Assembly (NCBI GenBank): GCA_963803805.1
Contig: CAWDOD010000002.1
Coordinates: 1,216,001-1,280,000 of the forward strand
DNA: 64,000 nucleotides
From: an uncultured cyanobacterium
GTDB taxonomy: Bacteria; Cyanobacteriota; Cyanobacteriia; Cyanobacteriales; CAWCAG01
Direction of reading: 5' to 3'
Shown: positions 43,001 through 51,793 of the stretch, in pieces
How positions within the stretch are numbered: the stretch's first letter is position 1
Layout: each line of letters opens with the position of its first letter
Position numbers and translations under genes: made by a program
The notes under the pieces: model-generated
What the model was told of the DNA's origin: nothing
Database searches by the model: none
Seen by the model: the letters and a program-made list of their open reading frames with translations, nothing else

Positions 43001-43698
43001 GTGAGGGTAACAAAAGTTTCTTCGGTAATCAGTTCCCCTGCTGCATCGGTAATGCTTCCTTCTAGGGTTATGGTAGAACGTCCATCGGCTGGTACTCGCG
43101 GATCTCCGGCTGGGAAGAGTTGAATTTGACCAATAACAGCTTCTTCTACGGTTAATTTGGTTGTTACAGGAGTACCATTATTAGCCACAACGGTAATAAT
43201 ATTTTCCCCTTCCTGCAACGGCACGTTATACCAAACTTGGGTAATCAGATTTTGCGCTTCATCTTGCTCAATTTGCGTCGGTAAGTTAGGATTAAGAGGT
43301 TTTTGATTAATTTCAACCCTAACCTCGCTGCTAGCGTTATATTGAACAATAAGATTGGTGGAACGGCTATTTTTTTGCCCCGCTTCAGGAGCTAAAATCC
43401 TCACCTCATCTAACTCCAAGGGTTCCTCAATTACAGTATCACCCGCTGTTTCTTCTTCTTGGGCTATTTCCTCTGTCTCAGTTACCTCTAGCTGACTATC
43501 AATGTTTAAAAGTTCTACATTGGTTTCTTCTAAAGAAAATGAAGTTGGTTCCAGTAATTCCAAATTCTCTTCTTCTGAGGCGCTAGCTACACCAGCTATG
43601 CCTATGCACCCAGATAGTAAAATTGCTAAATTTAAGAGCGGATAACGCCTGATGCTCAAAGGTTTGGGTCTACTAAGACCCTTTCTGCTTACAATCAC
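40033..43698 (-). CDS. Large predicted outer-membrane beta-barrel protein with periplasmic Ig-like domains (1221 aa)
   Basis: Signal peptide; invasin-like VPADGRSTITL; DYEIDYDRGTLLF; C-terminal half of alternating amphipathic strands ending IGLGYSFG...YLNLTLKV. Confidence 0.8.
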   Translation of the reverse strand: MIVSRKGLSRPKPLSIRRYPLLNLAILLSGCIGIAGVASASEEENLELLEPTSFSLEETNVELLNIDSQLEVTETEEIAQEEETAGDTVIEEPLELDEVRILAPEAGQKNSRSTNLIVQYNASSEVRVEINQKPLNPNLPTQIEQDEAQNLITQVWYNVPLQEGENIITVVANNGTPVTTKLTVEEAVIGQIQLFPAGDPRVPADGRSTITLEGSITDAAGELITEETFVTLTSSAGKFIGTDQDEDRPGFQVLAREGIFKAELQSNLEAQKVKIRAAIESFDLKDSLLEEEAITAIQINPQSKVTADLETYTQVEFITYLRPSLVSGVLNLRIGEAGTDFFSSRREFLNPSTMDDDFEADVDAAVFATGAVGEWLFTGAYNSERPLNETCDGISRLFRGPQECEKQYSVYGDSSSVEYLTPSTTSVYLRFERQSPVTGAEPDYFMWGDYYTTEFSRPSQLFTATTRALNGFKGNFSLGNLQLTALYSPDVDGFQRDTLVPDGTSGYYFLARRQLVPGSENIFIETEEINRPGTVISREALTRGPDYEIDYDRGTLLFRRPMQQLEFDPFGNTLVRKIVATYQFEGDTDGETDIYAGRVQYNFSQDLNQENWLAATYLYEDQGSQDFELYGADFLFNVGEKGRFIGEFARSHNNSPLTGNVAANAYRLELQGEVVKGLNARAFYRSVETGFANNATTSFTPGQTRYGAAILAQVAPTTTLQASFDREENFGVAPAVRTVPFDLFNPNTSLFNPGSEALPGTAINNDLTAISAGVRQKLGDAELNVDYVHRSRNDDAGNIFDSDSDQVVSYLNVPVTETIALRAKNEINLGDGEDPLYPNRTTFGIDWKVQPEVTMRLAHQFYDGGLLGDNSITSLETITEKRLGEDTYLYNRYALVGGYSGVTGQGSIGLGHRLTIAPGFRINLGYELVTSDISSVTAAGPRFAQPYAVGQSSSSLGVFGGEAYSVGFEYTANPDFQVSGRFEQRNGSGRENTVWNAAAAGKVTPGLTALFRFDQANTSNQILSGLGDTVKVKMGLAYRDPHDDRFNALLKYEYRRNPSIIPETLLFGSGTGSTDHVVSTDMIYAPDWRWEFYGKFAMRSSTTNLASNFSNSSSVFLSQLRATYRTGYNTDVALEGRWIGQPSTNFDEFGFAAEAGYYLTPDLRIGLGYSFGSVDDGDFDGYRSDGGPYLNLTLKVNELFGGFGRQRPVPAQQQESEVGNR

Positions 43699-43743
43699 GA
43701 TCCCTTTCCCTGATTTGACGGCTACTTATTTAATTTGTTGATT

Positions 43744-44700
43744 TCAATTAACTTGTTGCTGTTGTTCTCCAGAAGCTGGAGTTACAGCAAAATTCATTCT
43801 TACTAGTCCACCTGGTTCTAAGCGCACTAAGCGAGACTGGCTATTGCGCTCGATAAAGTAAAGGTTGGGGGCTAGTGTGTATCCCGGCAAACTACTTAGG
43901 TCGAGAGTACCCGTTCTATTACCAGAAATTACGTTAGCCATAGAAAATAACCCGTTAGCATCAGCAGTAATGCGGTTGCCGTCGTCCATAATGACTACGG
44001 CATTAGGTACTCCAGGTTCTCCCTGCTGCTGTTCACCATCAAAATTCTTGTCGACGAAAACTCGACCGATAACCGTACCACAGTCAGAAAGAATTCCGGG
44101 ACGAATTCGTAATCGATAGCTAGCTAAATTACTGCGGGGTTCTTGTGCTGTATTTCTACCGTCACCCCTAACTGCATCTGGGGTAACTACAGCAGCATAA
44201 ATAATATTAAGAATTTGACCCGGATTTAGGGTATCTGAAGATGTAAAGGTAACTGTTCGACCTGAGCGAGTTGCTATTGGTGTAGTAGTTGGTGTAGTAT
44301 TCGTATCATCAGTAATTGAACTTTGCAAAGATTCAGCTAAAAAGTTCAGCCCTAATGGCATGGTGTCCGTTATGGTGAATCCTGTCACTACTGTTGTACC
44401 AGAGTTTTTCAGAGATAAGCGATAAACTACCGTATCTCCTGGTTCCGCTGCTGCTCTGTCTGCTGTTTTAATCAGCTCTAATTGGGCTGGTTCAGCTACA
44501 TCAACAGGAGTGGTGATGGTGTTGGAAGTAACAACACGATTAAGGTTGGAGTCTACCTTGGGCAGGTTATCTCCAGACGCTGAAGCTGTGTTCTCGATTT
44601 GTTGCTGGGCAAGAGCTGGGGAAACCCCAGCAACTAGGGAAATCATTGTTGTCAAGGCAATAATGTAGAAGCTCCCTGACCCTAGTTTGATAAGTTTCAT
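43744..44700 (-). CDS. Exported DUF11-type plus SdrD-B-like domain protein
   Basis: Signal peptide ending ALA; LIKTADRAAAEPGDTVVYRL; IGRVFVDKNFDGEQQQGEPGVPNA...ITDxxG-like ITADANGLFS. Confidence 0.85.
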   Translation of the reverse strand: MKLIKLGSGSFYIIALTTMISLVAGVSPALAQQQIENTASASGDNLPKVDSNLNRVVTSNTITTPVDVAEPAQLELIKTADRAAAEPGDTVVYRLSLKNSGTTVVTGFTITDTMPLGLNFLAESLQSSITDDTNTTPTTTPIATRSGRTVTFTSSDTLNPGQILNIIYAAVVTPDAVRGDGRNTAQEPRSNLASYRLRIRPGILSDCGTVIGRVFVDKNFDGEQQQGEPGVPNAVVIMDDGNRITADANGLFSMANVISGNRTGTLDLSSLPGYTLAPNLYFIERNSQSRLVRLEPGGLVRMNFAVTPASGEQQQQVN

Positions 44701-45004
44701 GGGTATGGTCTACTGTTAGCGAGTATTCCGGTTATTTTTACTGGTCTTTTGGGTCTTAGAATGAAAATTCAAGTACTTACTCTAGCCCGAATGATGATTA
44801 TAGATGGATTTCCCTGATTTATAACAGTCTATGCCCATTTCTTAAAGTAAAGGAGGGAATATCAAAGATATTCACCCTTAAGCTAGGACAATTGCCCAAG
44901 CTGGCTTGTTTATAACTACCTTAATTTGAGAGAACACAAAAAATTATGACAAAGACTGATAATTATTAAGTTTGGAAGTAGTAGATGCTGATGAAACAAG
45001 TCTA

Positions 45005-45083
45005 AGTAATAGAGCTTAGATGAAGTTATAAATATCTACGCTCTATTGCTGACGAGATTTAGGTGATGCTATCACCTAAATCT
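45005..45083. other. Two adjacent inverted repeats between cupB and the DUF11 cluster
   Basis: AGTAATAGAGCTTAGAT...ATCTACGCTCTATTGCT (45005-45050) and perfect AGATTTAGGTGAT-GCT-ATCACCTAAATCT (45055-45083). Confidence 0.7.
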
Positions 45084-45256
45084 GCATTGTTCAATATGAA
45101 CTTGAATAATATCTCTCTTATGGCATAATATACGGACTCTTTTTGATATTTTCCTGTTTAATAAGAGGATTTAAAAGTAAAGACATCGTTGTTTTTTTTG
45201 TGTAGAAAGTAAATTAATCAAAATTAACTTTTATAACAATTGATTAATTTCAAACA

Positions 45257-46387
45257 TCAATTATTAGCTTTAAGCAAACGTGAACTTTGCAAGCGTTTCA
45301 TCCAACCTGCTAAATATTGACGATTAGCAATTTGCTCTTGGGGATCTAAGGTATCTAAAGGATGGGGAGCTAAACCTTGGATAGTAGCGGTAGTTACACA
45401 AAACATCGACTTTTGAAAAGTTTGACAAATTTGCACTCTAATATCATCCTCTCCCCTTAAACTTTTGCTGTACAACTCATGAAGATAATCCGGTAGGAAG
45501 TGGCGCATATCTTGCATGAGTAAAGTGGGAGGAATGCCAGCACCTCCTATGGGTAAAGGGTCTGCATATAAAGCCCCATAAGTAAAGTAACCAGGATCAT
45601 AGGGGATTTGATAAGCTTGAGCATTGTAGGAAATTGTTCCTAAAAAAGGTGTACCTCGGAAAAATATGGCTTCTACATAAGGTACGGCTGTATCCATCAA
45701 GAAAGTCAATCTTGCTGATTGAGGAATAATTTTGTATTCCTTACCGCGAATAGTTACTTGATAAGTAATCGGTTGATTAGCTGCGGCTACCAAACCATCA
45801 AGAATATGCTTCACCACTTGAGGAATTGAGTTGATTTTTCCTTTGTCGTATTCATCAGATAAAGAAAGAAACATATCGCTCATCACGCGCCAAAACTGTC
45901 CTAAACCACTGTAATAGGCCATTTGGCGTACTTGCTCTGGTAAAAAATCCGAGAATCCTAGATGTATAATTTTGAAGAAAGGATTATCTTTGAATTTAGC
46001 TTGAATAACTTCTTGAGCTATTTGCTCAAATTCTGGAGAATCTAAATAGGTATCTAAACCACCGCCACCATGCCAAAACATACTTTTCATGCAGTATTCA
46101 GCATATTCATAGTTGATGCGGTCATGACTCAAGTGAGCAAGTAGCTTTTTAAAGGATACTTGACCATTAAAATATTTAAAGAAAGGAAAAAAGACGAAAA
46201 GTTGGTTTTCAGAAATATAAATTAAGTTTCGCGAATAAGCATCTAAAACAACGCTATAACTTTTGAGAATACCAACAACTTCTATAAGATTTTCAGGAGT
46301 ATCTTCAAGTAAAGCTTGTCCTGATTCTAAACGCCGAATATATTCAGGGAGAGGAGGTTGGGCAGCTTTTTTGGGGGTACTTACCAT
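45257..46387 (-). CDS. cupB: CO2 hydration protein of NDH-1(4)
   Basis: DRINYEYAEYC, YYSGLGQFWRVM, GGAGIPPTLLMQDM; 376 aa short form downstream of ndhF4-ndhD4. Confidence 0.93.
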   Translation of the reverse strand: MVSTPKKAAQPPLPEYIRRLESGQALLEDTPENLIEVVGILKSYSVVLDAYSRNLIYISENQLFVFFPFFKYFNGQVSFKKLLAHLSHDRINYEYAEYCMKSMFWHGGGGLDTYLDSPEFEQIAQEVIQAKFKDNPFFKIIHLGFSDFLPEQVRQMAYYSGLGQFWRVMSDMFLSLSDEYDKGKINSIPQVVKHILDGLVAAANQPITYQVTIRGKEYKIIPQSARLTFLMDTAVPYVEAIFFRGTPFLGTISYNAQAYQIPYDPGYFTYGALYADPLPIGGAGIPPTLLMQDMRHFLPDYLHELYSKSLRGEDDIRVQICQTFQKSMFCVTTATIQGLAPHPLDTLDPQEQIANRQYLAGWMKRLQSSRLLKANN

Positions 46388-46401
46388 GATAAAGATGGGG
46401 G

Positions 46402-46431
46402 AAGTAATAAGTAATAAGTAATAAGTAATAA
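46402..46431. repeat. Heptamer tandem repeat (AAGTAAT)x4
   Basis: aagtaataagtaataagtaataagtaataa between ndhD4 and cupB. Confidence 0.85.
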
Positions 46432-46503
46432 GTTAAGAATGTACTGTCTCTTATTTCCTATTACCTTGCACAACTAGCGACTAGCAATTAGCAATTAGCA
46501 AAA

Positions 46504-47991
46504 TCATTTAATTTGTTCAACAGCAACCAAATTGTGGCGTTTAGAAATTAAAGCCAACCCTTGAGGCTCACTCCAACGCAACATCCAGTTGGGTTGAAGC
46601 CCTAAAACAATGATTAATACTGTTAAAACTAAAGCAGGAATATGTTCGGGCCACTGTACCTTTGGTAAGTTAGACAGTTTGTCTGTGAGGCGACCGAAAA
46701 AGACGCGGTTGATGACTAATAAAAAATATACAGCAGTTAGACCTGTGCCAACCATACAGAGCAAAGTTTGGACAGGAAAAATGGCAAAACTTCCCCGAAA
46801 GACCACAAATTCGGCGATGAACCCTACCATACCAGGAATACCAGAACTAGCCATTACCCCTACTACCATTAAACTACCAGTAATTGGTAAACCGCGCTCT
46901 GGATTTAGCAAACCGCTCAAAGATTTCACTTCACGAGTTCCTGTTTTTTCATAAACTAGTCCGACTAAAATAAACAACAAAGCTGAAATCAAACCATGAC
47001 TGACCATTTGGAAGATTGCAGCTACTAAACTCAAAGGAGTGGTTGCAGAAGCAGCCAGAAGAATGTAAGCCATGTGAGCGATAGAAGAATAAGCTACTAC
47101 CTTTTTCATATCAGTTTGGGCGATCGCACAAGAAGCTCCATATAAAGCGCTTATGGCTGCGATGGTGGCTAACCAAGGAGCAAAAATAATCCAAGCTTCT
47201 AAAAATAAGCCAACTCCAAACCTCAGTAAACCATAGGTTCCTAATTTTAAAAGCACCCCCGCTAAGAGTACAGAAATAGGGGTGGAAGCTTCGACGTGGG
47301 CATCCGGTAGCCAGGTGTGGAAGGGGAAAATGGGAATTTTAATACCGAAACCAATTAACAGACTCCCTAAAAGCCACAATTGCGTACCTACAGGTAGGGT
47401 TTGCGAACGTAATACCTGATAGTCAAAACTAGTTGCACCGGTAAACCAAACTAGACCTAAAAATGAAGCTAAGACTAAAATACCGGAAAAAGTTGTGTAC
47501 AGGAGAAATTTCATAGCTGCATAACCCCGCCGCTTTCCTCCCCAAATAGCAATCAAAAAATATAAAGGAATAATTTCTACTTCATAAAAGAGGAAAAATA
47601 GCAACAAATCCTGAGCTAAAAATGCTCCTGCTGCCCCAGCACTTAATATTAATAAAAGAGCAAAGTAGAAACGGTGTCTAGGAATAGAGCGACTACTAAA
47701 AATAATCGCGATTAAGGTTAATAAGCTGTTTAAGAACAGCAAAGGTAATGACAATCCATCTAAACCAAGGTGATAATTTAAACCAATCCATTCAATCCAA
47801 TGAATGTTCTCAGAAAACTGCATCTCAGTTTGAGTTGGATCAAACTGTAAAATGAGGAAAATATTCCAAACTAAAATAGCACTGGCAAAAATTAGTGCCA
47901 CTAAACGATAATGACTAGATTGCCACTTTTGAGGTAAAAGGCTAATCGTCAGCGCACCTAAAAGTGGTAATAAAATAAAAATACTGAGCAT
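46504..47991 (-). CDS. ndhD4: NDH-1 subunit D4
   Basis: NuoM-family motifs (FFLFYEVEIIP, PFHTWLPDAH, KLGTYG); NPERGLP; position between ndhF4 and cupB. Confidence 0.9.
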   Translation of the reverse strand: MLSIFILLPLLGALTISLLPQKWQSSHYRLVALIFASAILVWNIFLILQFDPTQTEMQFSENIHWIEWIGLNYHLGLDGLSLPLLFLNSLLTLIAIIFSSRSIPRHRFYFALLLILSAGAAGAFLAQDLLLFFLFYEVEIIPLYFLIAIWGGKRRGYAAMKFLLYTTFSGILVLASFLGLVWFTGATSFDYQVLRSQTLPVGTQLWLLGSLLIGFGIKIPIFPFHTWLPDAHVEASTPISVLLAGVLLKLGTYGLLRFGVGLFLEAWIIFAPWLATIAAISALYGASCAIAQTDMKKVVAYSSIAHMAYILLAASATTPLSLVAAIFQMVSHGLISALLFILVGLVYEKTGTREVKSLSGLLNPERGLPITGSLMVVGVMASSGIPGMVGFIAEFVVFRGSFAIFPVQTLLCMVGTGLTAVYFLLVINRVFFGRLTDKLSNLPKVQWPEHIPALVLTVLIIVLGLQPNWMLRWSEPQGLALISKRHNLVAVEQIK

Positions 47992-48073
47992 AAAATTTGA
48001 CTAAACTCCCCATATCCTTTTACACAAATCCGGTTCATACAAACTGTTCCCTACCTCCATAGGTGATCTCAGC

Positions 48074-49984
48074 TTATTGGTAGTGATTAACCAAAGATGA
48101 CCATTGCTCAACTAGAATTGGCCATTGACCATTGGAAATTGACCAAGTAAGCAGCAAACTTACCCCCAGCAAGATGGTTAGTAGATAAAACTGAGATTGA
48201 CCAGAAATACTGTATTTCAAAGCATTACCACTAAATACTGTAAATAACCCCACTAAATTAACCACACCATCAACTACATAACGGTCAAACCAAGTAGTAA
48301 TTTTAGACAGAGAAGAAACAGCAAAAACAACCGTTAGGTCATAAAGTTTTTCAATATAAAAGTCATAGGCAAGTAAGTCTTGGATGAAGCGCAAATACAA
48401 TTGGGTTGATCTGGCCCAATTCCGACGCAGTTCTATAGCTGCCCCAATTAAGCAACCTACAGCACCAGAAAAAATTAATAAAGCCATAGCATACTGGCTG
48501 AAAAGAGGACCACTTGGAGAAATAAGTTCTCTACTATTTGAAAGTAGCTGTCTTTGTTGGAAAATAATCGGAATTAAAAGAGTAACAATAGTTAAAGAAA
48601 CCATCGCTAATGCCATGGGCCAAGGGGCTTCTAAGGCGCGACGAGTTTTGACTTGAGGTTTTCCCAAAAAGACTAAGCGAAAAAGACGAGTTAAGTTAAT
48701 AGCACTCAAACAGTTGATTAATAGCAACATGGCGAGTAACCACCAAGGAACAGCAAAGAAACCAGCTATCCATTGTTGCATAGCCCAAAACATTCCCATG
48801 GGGATAAGTGCTACTAACCCAGCTATCCCAACTACAAAAGCTATGGTGGTGGCTGGCATTTTTGACCCCAAGCCCCCCATTTCCGTAACATTCTGACCAC
48901 TGGTAGCTAAAATAACTGAGCCGGCACTCATGAAAAGTAGAGATTTAGCTAAAGCATGGGTAAATAAAAGTAGTAAAGCAACATTGATGGGTTGTCCAAT
49001 ACCAACGGTGATAAAGACCAATCCTAAGTAAGCGCTAGTGGAATGGGATAAAGCACGTTTGAAGTCAATTTGAGCAATAGCTATTAAAGAAGCCCCAATA
49101 GCTGTAACCATACCGATGACTATTAAGGCGTTAGAAGCAATGGGGGAGAGGGTGAAAACTGGTTGGAGTTTGATTAGTACAAAAGCACCCGCCGAAACAA
49201 CTACAGAGTTTCTCATAATTCCAGCAGGGTTTGGTCCTTCCATGGCTTCATCTAACCACAGGTTCAAAGGAAACTGAGCGCATTTTCCCGTTGGTCCGGC
49301 GATTAAAGCTAAACCTAATAAGTTAGCTGTAAGGGGAGAAACCGGAGATGTTTGTACCCATTCTCCTAGTTCGCTAAAATTAAGCCCTTCTCCATAAGCA
49401 GAAAGGGCCACTACACCCATAAAAAGGATAATATCCCCTACTCTTTTGGTTAAAAACGCATCTCTAGCTGCAGTTACTACTAAAGGCTGAGCATACCAAA
49501 ATCCCACCAGTAAATAGCTAGAAAGGGTGAGCATTTCTAGCAAACCATAGGTTAAAAATAAAGAGTCGCTAATGGCAATACCGCTCAATGCTGCTTCAAA
49601 AAAGCCCATAAGTCCGTAGAATCTTGCCAAAGACCAGTCTTTTTCCAGATAGCCCAAGGCATATATCTGGACAAGAAAGCTAATCCCTGTGACGACTTCC
49701 ATAGCTCCCATACTAATGGGAGAGATTTCAATAGCCAAAGATAAGTCTAAATCAGCTACTTTTAACCAAGAGAAAACCAATTGTTGAGGTTCTTGATGCC
49801 AAATCAAAGCTAAAACAATTGACCCATGAACAAGAGCCAATAAAGTCATGAATAAATTGATATAAGCTGCTGGCCTCGGCCCCTTTCTGCGAATAATTCC
49901 TACTGACCAAGGTAAGCTAAGAATCGCCCCTATTAGTCCGTATAAAGGAAGGAACCAATAGTTATTAATTAAAAAATCAGTCAT
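48074..49984 (-). CDS. ndhF4: NDH-1 subunit F4
   Basis: GPRPAAYIN, ARDAFLTKRVGD, KCAQFPLNLWLDEAMEGPNP. Confidence 0.92.
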   Translation of the reverse strand: MTDFLINNYWFLPLYGLIGAILSLPWSVGIIRRKGPRPAAYINLFMTLLALVHGSIVLALIWHQEPQQLVFSWLKVADLDLSLAIEISPISMGAMEVVTGISFLVQIYALGYLEKDWSLARFYGLMGFFEAALSGIAISDSLFLTYGLLEMLTLSSYLLVGFWYAQPLVVTAARDAFLTKRVGDIILFMGVVALSAYGEGLNFSELGEWVQTSPVSPLTANLLGLALIAGPTGKCAQFPLNLWLDEAMEGPNPAGIMRNSVVVSAGAFVLIKLQPVFTLSPIASNALIVIGMVTAIGASLIAIAQIDFKRALSHSTSAYLGLVFITVGIGQPINVALLLLFTHALAKSLLFMSAGSVILATSGQNVTEMGGLGSKMPATTIAFVVGIAGLVALIPMGMFWAMQQWIAGFFAVPWWLLAMLLLINCLSAINLTRLFRLVFLGKPQVKTRRALEAPWPMALAMVSLTIVTLLIPIIFQQRQLLSNSRELISPSGPLFSQYAMALLIFSGAVGCLIGAAIELRRNWARSTQLYLRFIQDLLAYDFYIEKLYDLTVVFAVSSLSKITTWFDRYVVDGVVNLVGLFTVFSGNALKYSISGQSQFYLLTILLGVSLLLTWSISNGQWPILVEQWSSLVNHYQ

Positions 49985-50638
49985 TAAATTTGCTTGAAAA
50001 AATCATTATACTGACCATAAATTTTCTCCTTTTAAAATCAGCTATTTAAATCTTGAAAAACAAAAGATTTAAATAGTGTAGAGACATTGTTTTTAAACTT
50101 GGTCTGAGATATCTAAGCTTTTTCCGTTAAAGCCTGACTCTTCTTCTCTAGGAAGTATTCTTACCTACCACTGCCGATAGAGCAAGTTCTGTGAGAAATC
50201 AAAGGCTAGTATCTGCAACCCTCAAGATTATCTTGAATTTATAAAGAAATTATAAAACACGAAGAAGCCTTCTAGTCAAAGGTCGAATTTTCAATGATCA
50301 CAGGGGATACATTAATTTTTATTAACTTTGCGATTTTAAAATATTATAAAGACTTATATTGTCAAAGGTACAAAGCTTTCCTATGCTTTATTTATAGAGT
50401 TAAAAAAATTAGCCATTTCAATATTTCGCCAAGAGTCAATTTTTATTTACTTGCTTAGATGGGATGTGTTAATTGTGACTTTAATATATTTATTGAGTTG
50501 TGGAAACCTGTTTCATACCTAGATTTTGTATCTAGCTGTTGTCTTGGCTGGATGAGTTTAGTTGCACAAAAAATTGGCTTAAATAAAATGGCAATTATAT
50601 GAAAATGAGCTTGGCTTATTGTAGAGGAAATTTGAGAT

Positions 50639-50947
50639 ATGCCAATTGCGGTAGGAATGATTGAAACCTTGGGTTTCCCAGCAGTGGTAGAAGCTGCTGA
50701 TGCCATGGTTAAAGCCGCTCGCGTTACCTTGGTAGGTTATGAAAAAATCGGTACAGGTCGCGTCACAGTAATTGTTCGCGGCGATGTATCAGAGGTTCAA
50801 GCCTCAGTATCTGCCGGCACTGATGCAGCTAATCGTGTCAACGGCGGTGAGGTCTTATCTACCCATATTATTGCCCGTCCCCATGAAAACTTGGAGTATG
50901 TCCTACCCATTCGCTATACCGAAGAAGTAGAGCAGTTCCGAATGTAG
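50639..50947 (+). CDS. ccmK2: Carboxysome shell hexamer CcmK2
   Basis: [27 protein letters not shown]; 102-aa short form. Confidence 0.93.
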   Translation: MPIAVGMIETLGFPAVVEAADAMVKAARVTLVGYEKIGTGRVTVIVRGDVSEVQASVSAGTDAANRVNGGEVLSTHIIARPHENLEYVLPIRYTEEVEQFRM

Positions 50948-51020
50948 CTTAAGATAACTTGCCAACTTCCCACCTTAGTTATTTTCAATCCCAATTAATT
51001 TTTTAGGAGTTTAAGAATCC

Positions 51021-51359
51021 ATGTCTATTGCAGTAGGAATGATTGAAACCTTGGGTTTCCCAGCAGTGGTAGAAGCTGCTGATGCCATGGTTAAAGCCGC
51101 TCGTGTTACCTTAGTAGGCTATGAAAAAATTGGTACAGGTCGCGTCACAGTAATTGTTCGCGGCGACGTATCAGAAGTTCAAGCTTCAGTAGCGGCTGGA
51201 GTAGAAAATGTCAAAAGAGTTAACGGAGGTCAAGTACTTTCTACTCACATTATTGCTCGTCCTCACGAAAACCTAGAATACGTATTACCTATTCGTTACA
51301 GCGAAGCAGTAGAGCAATTCCGTGAGAGCGTTTATGCTCCAAGATCCTTACCTAGATAA
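51021..51359 (+). CDS. ccmK1: Carboxysome shell hexamer CcmK1
   Basis: Same BMC domain with ~10-aa C-terminal extension. Confidence 0.92.
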   Translation: MSIAVGMIETLGFPAVVEAADAMVKAARVTLVGYEKIGTGRVTVIVRGDVSEVQASVAAGVENVKRVNGGQVLSTHIIARPHENLEYVLPIRYSEAVEQFRESVYAPRSLPR

Positions 51360-51418
51360 GTGTTTAGTTAATTATTTCTAGTCTCTTCCTACCATCTAAA
51401 TCTCCATTCCCTTAATTA

Positions 51419-51721
51419 ATGCAAATTGCTCAGGTTCGTGGCACAGTTGTTAGCACACAAAAGCTCCCTAGTATGACAGGAGTTAAGCTACTCTTGGTAC
51501 AATTTGTAGATGAAGAGGGACTGCTTGTGCCGAAGTATGAAGTGGCAGCAGACCGAGTAGGAGCTGGTATTAGCGAATGGGTATTAATCAGCCGCGGTAG
51601 TGCAGCTCGTCAAGAAGTTGGTAGTGAGGAGCGTCCCCTAGATGCCACGGTAATAGGAATTATAGATACAGTTACTGTAGAAAATAGCTTGATTTATAGC
51701 AAAAGAGAGCAATATCGCTAA
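51419..51721 (+). CDS. ccmL: Carboxysome vertex pentamer CcmL
   Basis: MQIAQVRGTVVSTQK, VAAD.VGAG..EWVL.SRGSAAR, GIIDTV. Confidence 0.96.
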   Translation: MQIAQVRGTVVSTQKLPSMTGVKLLLVQFVDEEGLLVPKYEVAADRVGAGISEWVLISRGSAARQEVGSEERPLDATVIGIIDTVTVENSLIYSKREQYR

Positions 51722-51793
51722 CTTTAACTTTGTGTTGCACTACCCTCATTAATTTAATCAGGGATTGCTTGTTGTATTAGGAGGATTCAATCA

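Noticed and set aside
40033-43698. TonB-dependent receptor label
   Set aside because: No recognisable TonB box, plug motif or terminal Phe; has Ig-like N-terminal domains and adhesin-type neighbours
50312-50325. LysR-type (CmpR/CcmR) site TTA-N8-TAA in the ndhF4-ccmK2 intergenic region
   Set aside because: Plausible context, but the motif is too degenerate to call in such AT-rich DNA
50455-50706. 83-aa minus-strand ORF overlapping the ccmK2 start
   Set aside because: Antisense to ccmK2 and its promoter region, with no recognisable features
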